A DNA stretch of 64,000 nucleotides from an uncultured delta proteobacterium. Lineage in GTDB: Bacteria > Myxococcota_A > Polyangia > Polyangiales > Polyangiaceae. Made by a program: the position numbers and the translations under genes. Below, piece after piece: positions 1 to 10,800 of the stretch (within the stretch, counting starts at the first letter, position 1; each line of letters starts with the position of its first letter). The notes under the pieces are model-generated. The model searched no databases. It saw only the letters and a program-made list of their open reading frames with translations, and was not told the DNA's origin. Location of the stretch: assembly GCA_963782055.1 (NCBI GenBank), contig CAWAIF010000003.1:2528001-2592000 (forward strand), in the 5' to 3' direction.

Positions 1-72
1 GGCTGCTGCGATGTAAGCGGGCGTGTGTACGGCAACCCCGATAATCCATACCAGACCTGCCCGTAGCACATC

Positions 73-1074
73 GTGATGAGCCAATCTCCTTCGGCATCAA
101 TCAACCGCTACGTGAACCAGGGGCACTGCGACGACGGTGTGCAGGATCAGCCGGCCGCGGCCTTCGACACCACGGTGTTCCCGCCGCGGCTCTGGGTGGC
201 GTGGCGGCACAACGGATCCGGAGGCACCTATGGTGCGTGCGTGCAGTATTTCGACATCGATCCCATCGCGAGAGCCGTCATTCCCTCGCCGAACCCTCCG
301 CAGGAGGTGCAAAACCTGGACCGCACTCCGTTCTACGGCGTCGGTGGACTCATCGTTCGCGCGCAGAACAGTCGCGTCAGCCTCGTCTATTCGAACTCGG
401 ATCACCACTGGGATTGCCCGACGTCGCCGGACAAGGAGATGAAGTGGTTCTCGGTGTCCTCGGATGACGCCGGGGTTAGCTGGACCCCGAGCAACCTGAT
501 TCGCGACACGACGACCTTCGCCCCGTGCCTCGCCGCCAACAACATGAGCAACGAGATGCGCACCTTCGGCTTCATCAACGACAGCAGCGGCGACTACTAC
601 GTCGCTCTCCCGGTGGCGAAGGATCAGATCGAGGTCTGGCGAAGCACGACGCAGGGGGACAGCTGGCTTCCTGGGCCGGTGTGGACGACGTTCGCGCGCG
701 GTGGCTCGGGCTCGCGCGCGCAACCGTTCCTGGCTTCGGATGGTGCGTCTCGACTCGGGCTGATGTACTACGAGACCGACACCGCCACGGACACCAGGGT
801 CACGCCGAGACTGGTGGCGGCGACGAACGCTGCGTCGGGCTTCTGGGACCCGCCGCAGGCGGCCGGCTCGAGCTTCGTCATCGACACGGCGGCGGGGCCG
901 TGCAGCCAGAACACGCAGCAGTGCCGCACACTCGGGGACTACGCCGGGATCGCTGCGAGGGTGAAGAATACCCGCGGGCCGACGTATCTCCCGGCGTGGA
1001 CGGCGTTTCCGCCGGGGCGACCCAACGTCGTCGGTGAGGAGCGCGCGACGGCCGTTGCTGCTACCGTCAACTGA
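73..1074 (+). CDS. Large secreted beta-rich (BNR/Asp-box-like) protein, C-terminal part; probably continues upstream through an in-frame TAG at 64-66
   Basis: Asp-box-like motifs SDDAGVSW and STTQGDSW. C-terminal LGDYAGI...AWT motif shared with 8494-10201. Frame 1 is open from base 1 to TAG64. Confidence 0.6.
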   Translation: MMSQSPSASINRYVNQGHCDDGVQDQPAAAFDTTVFPPRLWVAWRHNGSGGTYGACVQYFDIDPIARAVIPSPNPPQEVQNLDRTPFYGVGGLIVRAQNSRVSLVYSNSDHHWDCPTSPDKEMKWFSVSSDDAGVSWTPSNLIRDTTTFAPCLAANNMSNEMRTFGFINDSSGDYYVALPVAKDQIEVWRSTTQGDSWLPGPVWTTFARGGSGSRAQPFLASDGASRLGLMYYETDTATDTRVTPRLVAATNAASGFWDPPQAAGSSFVIDTAAGPCSQNTQQCRTLGDYAGIAARVKNTRGPTYLPAWTAFPPGRPNVVGEERATAVAATVN

Positions 1075-1475
1075 TGCGGACGCTGATCATCGCGACGTGC
1101 CTCCTCGGGATCTGCCACTGCGGGCGCGTCGCCGGTGACGACAACGCCACCGGAGATGCCGCAGGTGACCAGGCACCGGCGGGGCCCTGGGACTGCGGTG
1201 ACGCGGGCCTCCCCAAGTTCCCCGCGCCGTGCGATGATCCGGCGGCGTGTCAGGCATGGCAGCAGTCCTTCATTCATCACGGGACGGTGCACACCATGTG
1301 CGGCGGCCTCTCAGGGGGGCTGCCAAAGTGCTGGGCGGCGGACCATGACGTCTCATCAGGGGGCTTCGACGACTACGAGTGCGGCAATGGACTGGGGTGC
1401 GCGGCCTTGCATCAGATCTGTGTGAGCGACACGCCTGGCGGGACACCTCATTGTGTGAAGCCGTGCAGTCAGTGA
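1074..1475 (+). CDS. Small Cys-rich putative lipoprotein
   Basis: Signal peptide ending LGICHCG; many Cys; start overlaps the upstream stop (TGATG). Confidence 0.7.
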   Translation: MRTLIIATCLLGICHCGRVAGDDNATGDAAGDQAPAGPWDCGDAGLPKFPAPCDDPAACQAWQQSFIHHGTVHTMCGGLSGGLPKCWAADHDVSSGGFDDYECGNGLGCAALHQICVSDTPGGTPHCVKPCSQ

Positions 1476-1891
1476 CAGCCGTCCTCGCCCTCGTCGCGGG
1501 GTGCACCGCGCTCGGTTGCGGCGGGCGCATCGACGCCGCGACCGACGCCGGTGCTCCTGCCGATGGCGGCGCCGGTGAACCATGGGCGTGCGGGGATCTG
1601 GATGGCGCTCCGGAGGTCGTCCTCTGCACCGAGGGCGCCAAGGCGGCCTGCCAGACCTGGGCGCAATCTCTTGTCCATGATGGCGTGGCGCAGTCGGCCT
1701 GCGTGGACGACGACGCCGCTGCATGGCCTCCGGTCGGCTGCGTGCCGGCGAGCGAGTGCCACCAGATCGCCCAGGACGTCTTCACTTGCAGCTGTGGCGA
1801 CCAGGGCGGCGCCTGCATCCTGGGTCGGCAGGTGTGCGTGAGCGATGGACTGGCGCCGCATGGGCGCTGCGTTCCGGCGTGCAGTCAATGA
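1472..1891 (+). CDS. Small Cys-rich putative lipoprotein, tandem paralog of 1074-1475
   Basis: GTG overlaps the upstream stop; ALGCGG lipobox-like. Shared motifs AACQxWxQSxxHxG and QxCVSD...CVxxCSQ*. Confidence 0.7.
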   Translation: MTAVLALVAGCTALGCGGRIDAATDAGAPADGGAGEPWACGDLDGAPEVVLCTEGAKAACQTWAQSLVHDGVAQSACVDDDAAAWPPVGCVPASECHQIAQDVFTCSCGDQGGACILGRQVCVSDGLAPHGRCVPACSQ

Positions 1892-2398
1892 GCGCCGATG
1901 AGCTTGCGCACGCCTGCCCGATGGCCCATGCTCGCGTGAGAATGTACTGAGGTGGCGGCCCGCGGGCGAGCTCGCGACGCCGCGGCAAGCCAGGCGAGCG
2001 AGATCCTCCAGCCGACCAGGGAGCGCCCTGCCAGTGGCCGCCAGGAGGGAAATGCTGCGAGGGGACGGACTGCCCGTGGACCGGCAGGGCCGCGGCCAGT
2101 ACTTCCACGCACCTTCGTGGCATGCAGTGCTGGTCGACGGCGCGCCCTCCGTGACTGGGGGAGCGCCTACTCGGTCGGCGACGCCGTGCTGGTCGTGGCG
2201 CTCGGCGCACCAGGAGGGTTGCTTTCCCACGACGTCCGCCGGTACTTCCCGCCCTGAATCCGCGACTCGCAACGAGGGTGCTCTGGCGCGCGTGACGAGC
2301 CACGACGAGGTCACGCCGATTTTGCGACGGAGTGACCTCTTCTCGGGCATCATAGACGTGGACCGACTGACCAGGAGGGAAGGGATGGCAGCCGACTT

Positions 2399-2433
<35 letters not shown>

Positions 2434-2508
2434 GGTGAGCGCGTGACCGCTCGGCGCGCGTCGGGAGCGTTCGCGACGCACCGTGCCCGGGCGCTCCACC
2501 CGAGCATC

Positions 2509-3125
2509 GTGGACGAGCCGATCCCGGTGCTCTGGTCGAGGACCACCTCCTCCTCGGGCGCGCGCTGAAGCGGCGCCTCTCGAGCTTCGCGGACGTGGCC
2601 ACGAGCGTCTGCACGACGGCGACTGCCGCGATCCGCGAGATCGAGCGGCGTGCCTTCGCGCTGATGATCGTCGACCTGGCGCTCGAGAGGGGCGCCGACG
2701 GGCTGCCCGTCCTCGATCGTGCTCGGGCCTTGCAGCCGGCAGCACCGGTGATCGTCCACAGCGGGCATCGCACGGCCTTCGGGGCAAAGGTCGCGGGACG
2801 CGGCGTGCCCTTCCACGACAAGCCGATGCCCGAGGAGGAGCTGCGCCGCGTACTCCTCTCCGCCGTCGAGGAATGGCTCCTCGCCAAGGGGCGAGTGGTC
2901 GATCTGGTCCACGCCATCGCCGAGGCTTCGGGCGTGGCACCGATGCCCCGTGTCGTGCTCTTTCACCTGATGCGGGGTCGCGGGGGCGACGAGATCGCGC
3001 TGCTCCTTGGCGTGACCGCGGAGACGGTGCGCTCGCACGTCGCGGCGCTGTACGAACGGCTCGCCGTGCACTCGATCGACCAGCTCATCCTGCGTACGGT
3101 CGCGCCGGTCCTCCGGCGTGCGTGA
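2509..3125 (+). pseudogene. NarL/LuxR-family response regulator with an apparent 1-bp frameshift near the N-terminus
   Basis: VDEPIPVL in frame 1 joins LVEDHLLLGRAL...LMIVDLAL in frame 3. C-terminal HTH EIALLLGVTAETVRSHVAALYERL. Confidence 0.65.
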
Positions 3126-3148
3126 GCGGCCGAGCAGCCTGCGGGCGG

Positions 3149-3631
3149 CTACTTGAAGTCCTGCACCGCCCACACCTTGCCGTCCGGCAGCGTGGTGAAG
3201 CCGCAGGCGACCTTGGTGTACTTGGTGCTCGACATGTTGATGTAGTGCCCGTGCGTGGAGAAGTCGGAGCCCGGGCCCTCCGCCCACATCATCTTGAGGC
3301 AGCTGGGGATCATGGTGGAGGGCGGGCCGGGCCAGCCGGGGCACTCGTTCTGCGCCGACTCGCCGCACGCCTGGAAGGCGCCGTGGGCGGTGCCGGAGCT
3401 GGAGTCGCTCTTGGCCTGGCCGTCGGCGCACGACTCGCTGTCGGTCCAGCGCTGGTAGGGCGCGAGGCCGAGCGTCGCGCGGTACTGGTTGATGGTGTCG
3501 ACGCAGAGCTGCTCGGCGGTGCCGTCGCCGTTCTGCCCGGTCCCGCCGTCGCCGGTCGTGTCGTTGCTGCCGCCCCCGCCGCACGCCGCCACCAGCACGA
3601 CCGCCGCGACCATGCCGAACAGTTTGCGCAT
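3149..3631 (-). CDS. CAP/SCP-domain lipoprotein
   Basis: Lipobox VAACGG; INQYRATLGL, AQNEC, GHYINM, KVACG motifs typical of CAP domains. Confidence 0.8.
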   Translation of the reverse strand: MRKLFGMVAAVVLVAACGGGGSNDTTGDGGTGQNGDGTAEQLCVDTINQYRATLGLAPYQRWTDSESCADGQAKSDSSSGTAHGAFQACGESAQNECPGWPGPPSTMIPSCLKMMWAEGPGSDFSTHGHYINMSSTKYTKVACGFTTLPDGKVWAVQDFK

Positions 3632-3669
3632 GGCCTCAGAGTAGCCCGGATGCGACATCGCATCCAAGC

Positions 3670-3710
3670 GGGGTCGGGGTTGGGGCTGGGGCTGGGGTCG
3701 GGGTCGGGGG
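3670..3710. repeat. GGGGTC/GGGGCT hexamer tandem repeat
   Basis: Read directly. Confidence 0.85.
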
Positions 3711-3757
3711 GTTGAACTCGGGGGGACATGCTCGTCGCGCCCAGGGAATGGGCGGAC

Positions 3758-3901
3758 GCGAGGGGTCGCGTCTTGGTCGGTCACGCCTTTGCGCGCAGGA
3801 TTCCTGCCAGCGCTGGGCGCGGTGTGTGCACGATGCACGTATCGCACTGTCATGAATCCTGCGCGATGGGGGGCATGACCGACCAAGACACGACCCCTCG
3901 C
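3758..3901 (+). promoter_or_regulatory. Long inverted repeat covering the start codon of the four-helix-bundle gene
   Basis: Arms 3758-3787 and 3872-3901 complementary at 28/30; inner stem CGCGCAGGATTC/GAATCCTGCGCG. Confidence 0.7.
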
Positions 3902-3903
3902 TG

Positions 3904-5419
3904 GTCTCTGCTTAGCGGCCGGAAGACGGCCCGCGGCCCGGGCGTGACGTCGACCGTCGGAGGACTCGCCGGCTAGTGGGCAAAGACAGACGGAGGCGGC
4001 TTGCCGTGGAGGTGACTTTCGTACAGCCCGATGACGAAGCCCCGAAGCGGGAGCTGGCACTTGCGCCGCGTCTGCGTGATGCTCATCCAGTGCGCCAGGG
4101 TGGCGCTGCCGGCGGCCGAGCGCGTTCCGCCGGTCATCGCGCGGTGCCGCCCGTGGGCGCGGATGTCGCGTTCGGTCGCGTTGTTCGTGGCCGGGACGTC
4201 GGGGCGGTCGATGAAGAGCGTCACCCCCACCTTGTGCTCGTCGAGGCGCTCCTGCAGCCGGACGATGTCCGGGAACTCCACGAAGTTGGTGCTGCTGATG
4301 AGATGGCCGAGGCGGATGCGCGCGCCTCGGCGCTGCTCGGGATCGCCGCTCGCCGCGGCGTGCTTGCCCGCGACGTAGAAGCCGATGAGTCGGTCGCGGA
4401 ACTCCTCGGTCGCGGCGCACGGGGTGAGCTCGGCGATCTTCTTGGCCTCGCGGATGGTGTGCGCACCGCAGTAGGCGTGGGTCCAGCCGTCGTGACTCGT
4501 GTACACGCCGTAGAAGTCGGTGCACAGGACTCCTTTGAAGCTCGCGCCGAGCATCGACTCGGCGACCCACGCGCCGCGCGACAGCTCGGCGCGGAAGACC
4601 GAGACGCGGTCGGTGCGCATCAGCCACATCCAACCCGGCACGCCGTCCTGTCGATGGCCGCTCTCGTCGAGGCCCGCCACGGGCGATGCGCGCACCGCGT
4701 CGACCAGCTCGTCGTAGCTCGGCGCCGAGCGGCGTCGCAATCGGTCGAACATCTGCGCCAGGCCGCCGGTCGTGATCGAGATGCCGAGCCACTGTCCGAG
4801 GAACGCACTGATCTTGCCCAGCGGCATGTCGCGCTCGAAGCGCAGGTCCAGCGCCATCGCCTGCACGTTGGGGCCGAACGACACCGCGGCGACGCTCTTG
4901 CCCGCCGCCGGCGCGCCCGGCAGCTTCGCGACCACGCGCTTGTGGCACACCTCGCAGCTGCCGACGTGCGCCACGTGATGCGTCTGCCGCGGCTGCACCA
5001 CTGGGATGTCGGTGACGACTGTGCTGTCCGTCTCGCCCGTCGCCACGACTGCCCCGCCACAGCTGCACGTCGCCGGCATCTCGTGCACGACTTCGTCGTC
5101 GACGTGGGCCGGTGCGGCGGGCCGCGATCCGACATGGCCCACCTTGCGGCCGCGCGGCTTGCCCGAGGGCGCCCGCCGACCCTCGGAGCGCGACGTCCGC
5201 CGCTTCCCGCGCTCCCGGAACCCGCGCTTCCACTCCTCGATCTCCTTGCGCAGCTTCGCCAGCTCTTCGCGAAGCGCGGCGTTCTCCTGCTCCAGCTCCT
5301 GGATCCGCTGCTCGGGCGTCACGTGATCCGGGATGCTCCCGATCAGGTCCCATGGAAAGAACTTCTCGCATCAGGAACGAAGAATGGACCCACAGTGTGC
5401 GACACCGCTAAGCAGACAC
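3904..5419 (-). mobile_element. IS66-family insertion sequence (single-ORF, ISBst12-like)
   Basis: Terminal IRs GTCTCTGCTTAGCGG (3904-3918) and CCGCTAAGCAGACAC (5405-5419), 14/15 match. Target duplication CCTCGCTG (3896-3903) / CCTCGCTC (5420-5427). Confidence 0.85.
3973..5322 (-). CDS. tnpC: IS66-family transposase
   Basis: N-terminal coiled coil, CSCGG...CEVC zinc finger, LDESG, TDFYGVY, CGAHTIRE, TNNATERDIR. Confidence 0.9.
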   Translation of the reverse strand: MTPEQRIQELEQENAALREELAKLRKEIEEWKRGFRERGKRRTSRSEGRRAPSGKPRGRKVGHVGSRPAAPAHVDDEVVHEMPATCSCGGAVVATGETDSTVVTDIPVVQPRQTHHVAHVGSCEVCHKRVVAKLPGAPAAGKSVAAVSFGPNVQAMALDLRFERDMPLGKISAFLGQWLGISITTGGLAQMFDRLRRRSAPSYDELVDAVRASPVAGLDESGHRQDGVPGWMWLMRTDRVSVFRAELSRGAWVAESMLGASFKGVLCTDFYGVYTSHDGWTHAYCGAHTIREAKKIAELTPCAATEEFRDRLIGFYVAGKHAAASGDPEQRRGARIRLGHLISSTNFVEFPDIVRLQERLDEHKVGVTLFIDRPDVPATNNATERDIRAHGRHRAMTGGTRSAAGSATLAHWMSITQTRRKCQLPLRGFVIGLYESHLHGKPPPSVFAH

Positions 5420-5776
5420 CCTCGCTCTCTTCCTCATCACAAGCTGGTGGCCTATCGGGTCGCGGTGGAGCTGCTCGTCGCGGTGCGGGCGGCTGGCGTG
5501 CGCGACGCGAAGCTGCGCGACGAGGCGATGCGCGCCGCGAAGAGCGCGTGCCTCAACGCGGCGGAGGGCGCGGGACGGGTGACGCGGCGGGACAAGGCGC
5601 GGGCGTTCGCGATCGCGCGAGGCGAGGCAGTCGAGGCGGTGGCTGCGGTGGAGATCGCCGCGGCGGCCGGCGAAGCGGACGTCGCTGCGGCCGCGCGGTG
5701 CGTGCGCATCGCTGATCGACTCGTGGCGCTGCTCACCGGCCTCACCCGGTGACACGCTCGCTCGCGCCTTCGCTCA

Positions 5777-5950
5777 CGCCCACGCGCCCGCGCTCGCCCA
5801 CGCGCCCGCGCTCGCCCACGCGCCCGCGCTCGCCCACGCGCCCGCGCCCGCGCTCGCGGCACCTGGGCTGGGGCGAGGGTCGGGGTCGGGGTCGGGGTCG
5901 GGGCTGGGGTCGGGGCCTGGGAGTGGGACTGGGGGCTGGGGTTGGGGCTT
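5777..5950. repeat. 18-mer CGCCCACGCGCCCGCGCT x~4 followed by GGGGTC/GGGGCT hexamer array, between convergent four-helix-bundle genes
   Basis: Read directly. Confidence 0.85.
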
Positions 5951-6012
5951 CTTGGGACAGCCCTGCGCGATGGCGGAAGCCGGCGGCGTGCCGGCTCCCG
6001 CGCATCGCCCGC

Positions 6013-6336
6013 TCAGTGGCCGCCGACCAGACGCACCAGGGTGCCGAGCACGTGATCGAACCGCCCGCGCAGCTCGGGGTCGAGCTCGTCGACGTACCCG
6101 AGCGCCGAGGCGACCTCGAAACACGAGAGCACCTCGCGCAGCGACCCCAGCGCGTTGTGATAGCGCGCCTTCCGGTTGCGACCCTGCGAGTACATGCCCT
6201 CGCCCACGTTCAGCGGCCCGCTCGCCAGCGCCCTGCGACACTGCCGAGCCAGATCCGGATCGTGCCTCTCGAGCTGCCGCACCATCGGCGCCAGCGCACG
6301 CACCAGTTCGAGCAACACCGGGTAGATTCGAAGCAT
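6013..6336 (-). CDS. Four-helix-bundle (23S rRNA IVS/Avd-like) protein, copy A
   Basis: [11 protein letters not shown]...[20 protein letters not shown]...[29 protein letters not shown]. Confidence 0.85.
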   Translation of the reverse strand: MLRIYPVLLELVRALAPMVRQLERHDPDLARQCRRALASGPLNVGEGMYSQGRNRKARYHNALGSLREVLSCFEVASALGYVDELDPELRGRFDHVLGTLVRLVGGH

Positions 6337-6612
6337 CGAGCAACTCCTTGTTCGCGCCCGCGCCCGCTGCGCGGGGGCACCCGCCCAACCCCGCCGCGCG
6401 CAGGAGTCCGCCGAGCCGTGCAGAGCGTAGCGGAGCACGGCGAGCTGCTCGCGGGGTGTCGGGGGCGGTGCCCCCCGACCACGAAGGCGAGCGACAGCGA
6501 GCACCGCCCGGAGCCGCGCGCAGGGCGCGAAGCGCCCGAGCACGGCGAGGACGGCCCCGGCCTTGCGGACTCCGAGCACGGCGGGACGCTGCCCTCCCCC
6601 CGAGCGAGCCCC
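6337..6612 (-). ncRNA. Conserved structured leader of four-helix-bundle gene, copy A (putative)
   Basis: Homologous to 47387-47595 and 48396-48652; nested stems including GGAGTCCGC/GCGGACTCC. Confidence 0.5.
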
Positions 6613-6703
6613 TTCCTCTCCTCCCTCTCCCTCTCGCGCCCGCGCTCGCCCCCGCGTCCGCTCCCGCGCTCGCGCTCGCGCCCGCGCCCGCCCCCGCGCC
6701 CGG
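6613..6703. repeat. CT-rich tract plus CGCGCC/CGCGCT hexamer repeats
   Basis: Read directly. Confidence 0.75.
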
Positions 6704-6741
6704 GCTTTGGTGCGGCGCGCATGAGTGCTAGGCCTTGGGCC

Positions 6742-8400
<1,659 letters not shown>

Positions 8401-8433
8401 CGAGCAGTTTTGGGACTGCGCTGTAGCTTAGCC

Positions 8434-8462
8434 TTGACGACCACTAGCTCCAAGCGTATTAA
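8434..8462 (+). promoter_or_regulatory. Sigma70-type promoter
   Basis: TTGACG-17 nt-TATTAA in an AT-richer intergenic region. Confidence 0.6.
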
Positions 8463-8493
8463 ACCCCAGTACAACGTACCGCGGAGGTGGTGT

Positions 8494-10201
8494 ATGATGT
8501 GTGGAAACAGGGGGGGGGCGTCGCACACGTCCTCTATCGCGCTACGGTGCGCGCTTCGTCCTGGTCAGCTTGATCGGGCTGGCTGCGGCGACAGGTAGCA
8601 TGGCATGCTCGTCGTCGGCCCCGCCGGAGACCGTGGGTTCCACGTCGAGCGCGGTCACGGTGGCACCCAACACTCCGGTGGAGACTGACTACGGCTACGA
8701 CACCACGAGCGTCGCCGTGTACAGCGGGGCGTGGATCAGCGTGTGCGGGGGCGGCGGTGCCTGTGGCCCCTTCGAGATCGTGGGCATGCAGGACGACGTC
8801 CCCGCGGACTGGAGCCAGAGCTTCCGGAACCTCGACGCTTACGCGACGTCGGAGGAGGCTCCCAACACGATCCACACGTCGGCCGAGTGGGGCCTGCCGT
8901 CGGAGGCGCCCTCCTACCCGGACACCTTCACAGGGTACACCGGCCATCCGAACATGGTGAGCGTCGACGGCTACAACTTCGACTACGTCGGGCTCGGAGC
9001 GACCGGCACCGGCTACCTGAACACCGAGGTGACCGTCCACGGCTTCCGCGAGGATCAGACCCACTTCCTCACGACGACGCTCAACCCGGCCATCTATCCC
9101 TTCCTCTCGACGAGCGGCAGCCCCGGCGGCTACCCGACGAACACTATCACCGACGTGTCGGTCGCCGCGGATCCCGCTTCCGGTCTCGTCTGGGTGCTCT
9201 GGACGATCCCGCAGTACTGCGACCCCGCCTTCGGGTGCGGGCCCGACGCGCGGACCCTGCTGACCAACTACCACTTTGACGCCGCGGGGGGCTTCGTTCA
9301 CGGCCCGACGTGGAGCCTGACGTACACCTCGCCCACAGGAGGCACCTTGCCGGTCGCGCCGGTCGGGCTGACGCGCATGGCGTTGAAGTCGATGGGCGGT
9401 GGGCCGCCCCTGCTGTACATCGGGTGGCCCGATGAGCCCGACATCACCTGGACCTGCAACCCCTCGTACCCGCTCAACTGGCACGTCACCACGGTCCAGC
9501 CCTCGACCGATCCCTCGGGGCACTCCCAGCCGCCCGTCGTCACCGACCGGATCGTCCTGAGCGATCCCTACCACCAGAACTGCGCCAACGTGGCGTCGCC
9601 CAACCCTGGGTACACCTCCGGACGGCCGGCGATGTTCTATGACGCGCAGTCGGACGAGGTCTGGCTCCTGGCGAACAAGACCCAGTACTACAACGGGTAC
9701 AACTACGGCATGCGCGTGGTCTTCGCGTTCGACGACGGGAACTACCAGGGCCCGATCACTGGGTACTACCAGTCGTGCGCCACCCCTCGTCGGATCCTGC
9801 CCGACGGCACCGGCGACGGCATCCAGTGTTTCCAGTGGGATCCCGGGGCGACGGTGTCCCCTGTGCCCGAGCAGCAGGGCAACATCGCGATCTACACGTG
9901 GCGAGAGGCGGCGCCGGCGGACGGCTACAAGGTGAACTACTGGGGTTCCTCCTTCACTCCGCTGCTGCCGCTCAACCAGACCTTCTTCAAGGTGGCCCAG
10001 TTTGCACAGCCCGGCATCGAGGTGCCCTGGTTCCAGACCAACCCCATCGACTACGCGGCCATGCCGTGGGGAAGGTACGACGGGATCGCCGCGGACCCCG
10101 CGACCGGTACCTTCTTCGCTGCCTGGACGGACAACCGGGCGGACGCGCCGAGCAACCGGCGCTCGAACGTATGGACCACCACCATCCAGTCGCCATGGTG
10201 A
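8494..10201 (+). CDS. Large secreted/lipoprotein of unknown function; ATG8494 is out of frame at a G9 tract (in-frame GTG8501 also possible)
   Basis: Hydrophobic signal ending SMACSS; C-terminal WGRYDGIAAD...AAWTDNR; RBS GGAGGT at 8483-8488. Confidence 0.7.
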
Positions 10202-10485
10202 GCCGGAAGTGGATCATCGCTGCCGCGCTCGTCGCGCTGCCGCCGTACCTCTGCCTGCACTGCGGCGGCAAGACGGAGACGGTCCAGGAGCCGCCGCAAG
10301 GGCACTGGTGTCACGAGAAGCTGGGGCTGCTCGACGCGGCCCCGGATCCGGTGACCCCCATCGATTTCTACTGCGAGGCGGGGTCCGTGTGCTCCGTCAA
10401 CTGCAACGACATGGAGTACCATTGCCTCTACGTCCCCGACGTGTTTCTGGAGCAGGGGACCCCGCACTGCGGACCGGACCTCTGA
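10195..10485 (+). CDS. Small Cys-rich putative lipoprotein
   Basis: Signal peptide ...LCLHCGG; several further Cys; start overlaps the upstream stop. Confidence 0.6.
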   Translation: MVSRKWIIAAALVALPPYLCLHCGGKTETVQEPPQGHWCHEKLGLLDAAPDPVTPIDFYCEAGSVCSVNCNDMEYHCLYVPDVFLEQGTPHCGPDL

Positions 10486-10523
10486 GTCGCACGGACACCC
10501 GGACTTGCGTGCGCCCGCGCATC

Positions 10524-10694
10524 TCGCGCGGGGCGCAGGCCCGGCCCCACCGCGCACAGGATCACTGGGGGAGGTGGCGGCGTGCTTCGAGGTCGCCGCG
10601 GCCCTCCGGTACACGGGCGAGATGGACGCGGCGATGCGGCGGCGGTTCGACCACGTGCTCGGCACGGCTGGTCCGGCTCGTCGGCGGTCACTGA
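10524..10694 (+). pseudogene. 3' remnant of a four-helix-bundle gene
   Basis: GSLGEVAACFEVAAALRY...RFDHVLGT, then a +1 frameshift, then LVRLVGGH*, matching the copy A C-terminus. Confidence 0.8.
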
Positions 10695-10800
10695 GCGTGA
10701 CTCCTGGGTTCCGATGTTCTGGGGTTCCGTCTGCGGGCGCGGGGCGATGGATGACGGGTCAAGGGTTGTTCGCCCCGGCGCGCGCGCGTAGGCTCCACGC

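Larger units (their letters stand above)
3875..5752 (+). pseudogene. Four-helix-bundle (23S rRNA IVS/Avd-like) gene interrupted by IS66
   Basis: Removing the IS and one target copy gives in-frame MTDQDTTPRSLPHHKLVAYRVAVELL...SACLNAAEGAGR...IARGEAVE. Confidence 0.85.

Noticed and set aside
64..66. Pyrrolysine or programmed readthrough at TAG
   Set aside because: No pyl genes or other supporting evidence; a nonsense change or an error is simpler.
1892..2370. Short ORFs between cassette 1 and the regulator
   Set aside because: No recognisable motifs or coding-like codon bias; left unannotated.
5777..5950. Tandem repeats as a CRISPR array
   Set aside because: Units are contiguous with no unique spacers, and no cas genes are present.
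5749..6741. 330-aa N-terminal extension of HutU in the ORF track
   Set aside because: It runs through repeats and antisense to a four-helix-bundle gene; HutU homology begins near 6742.
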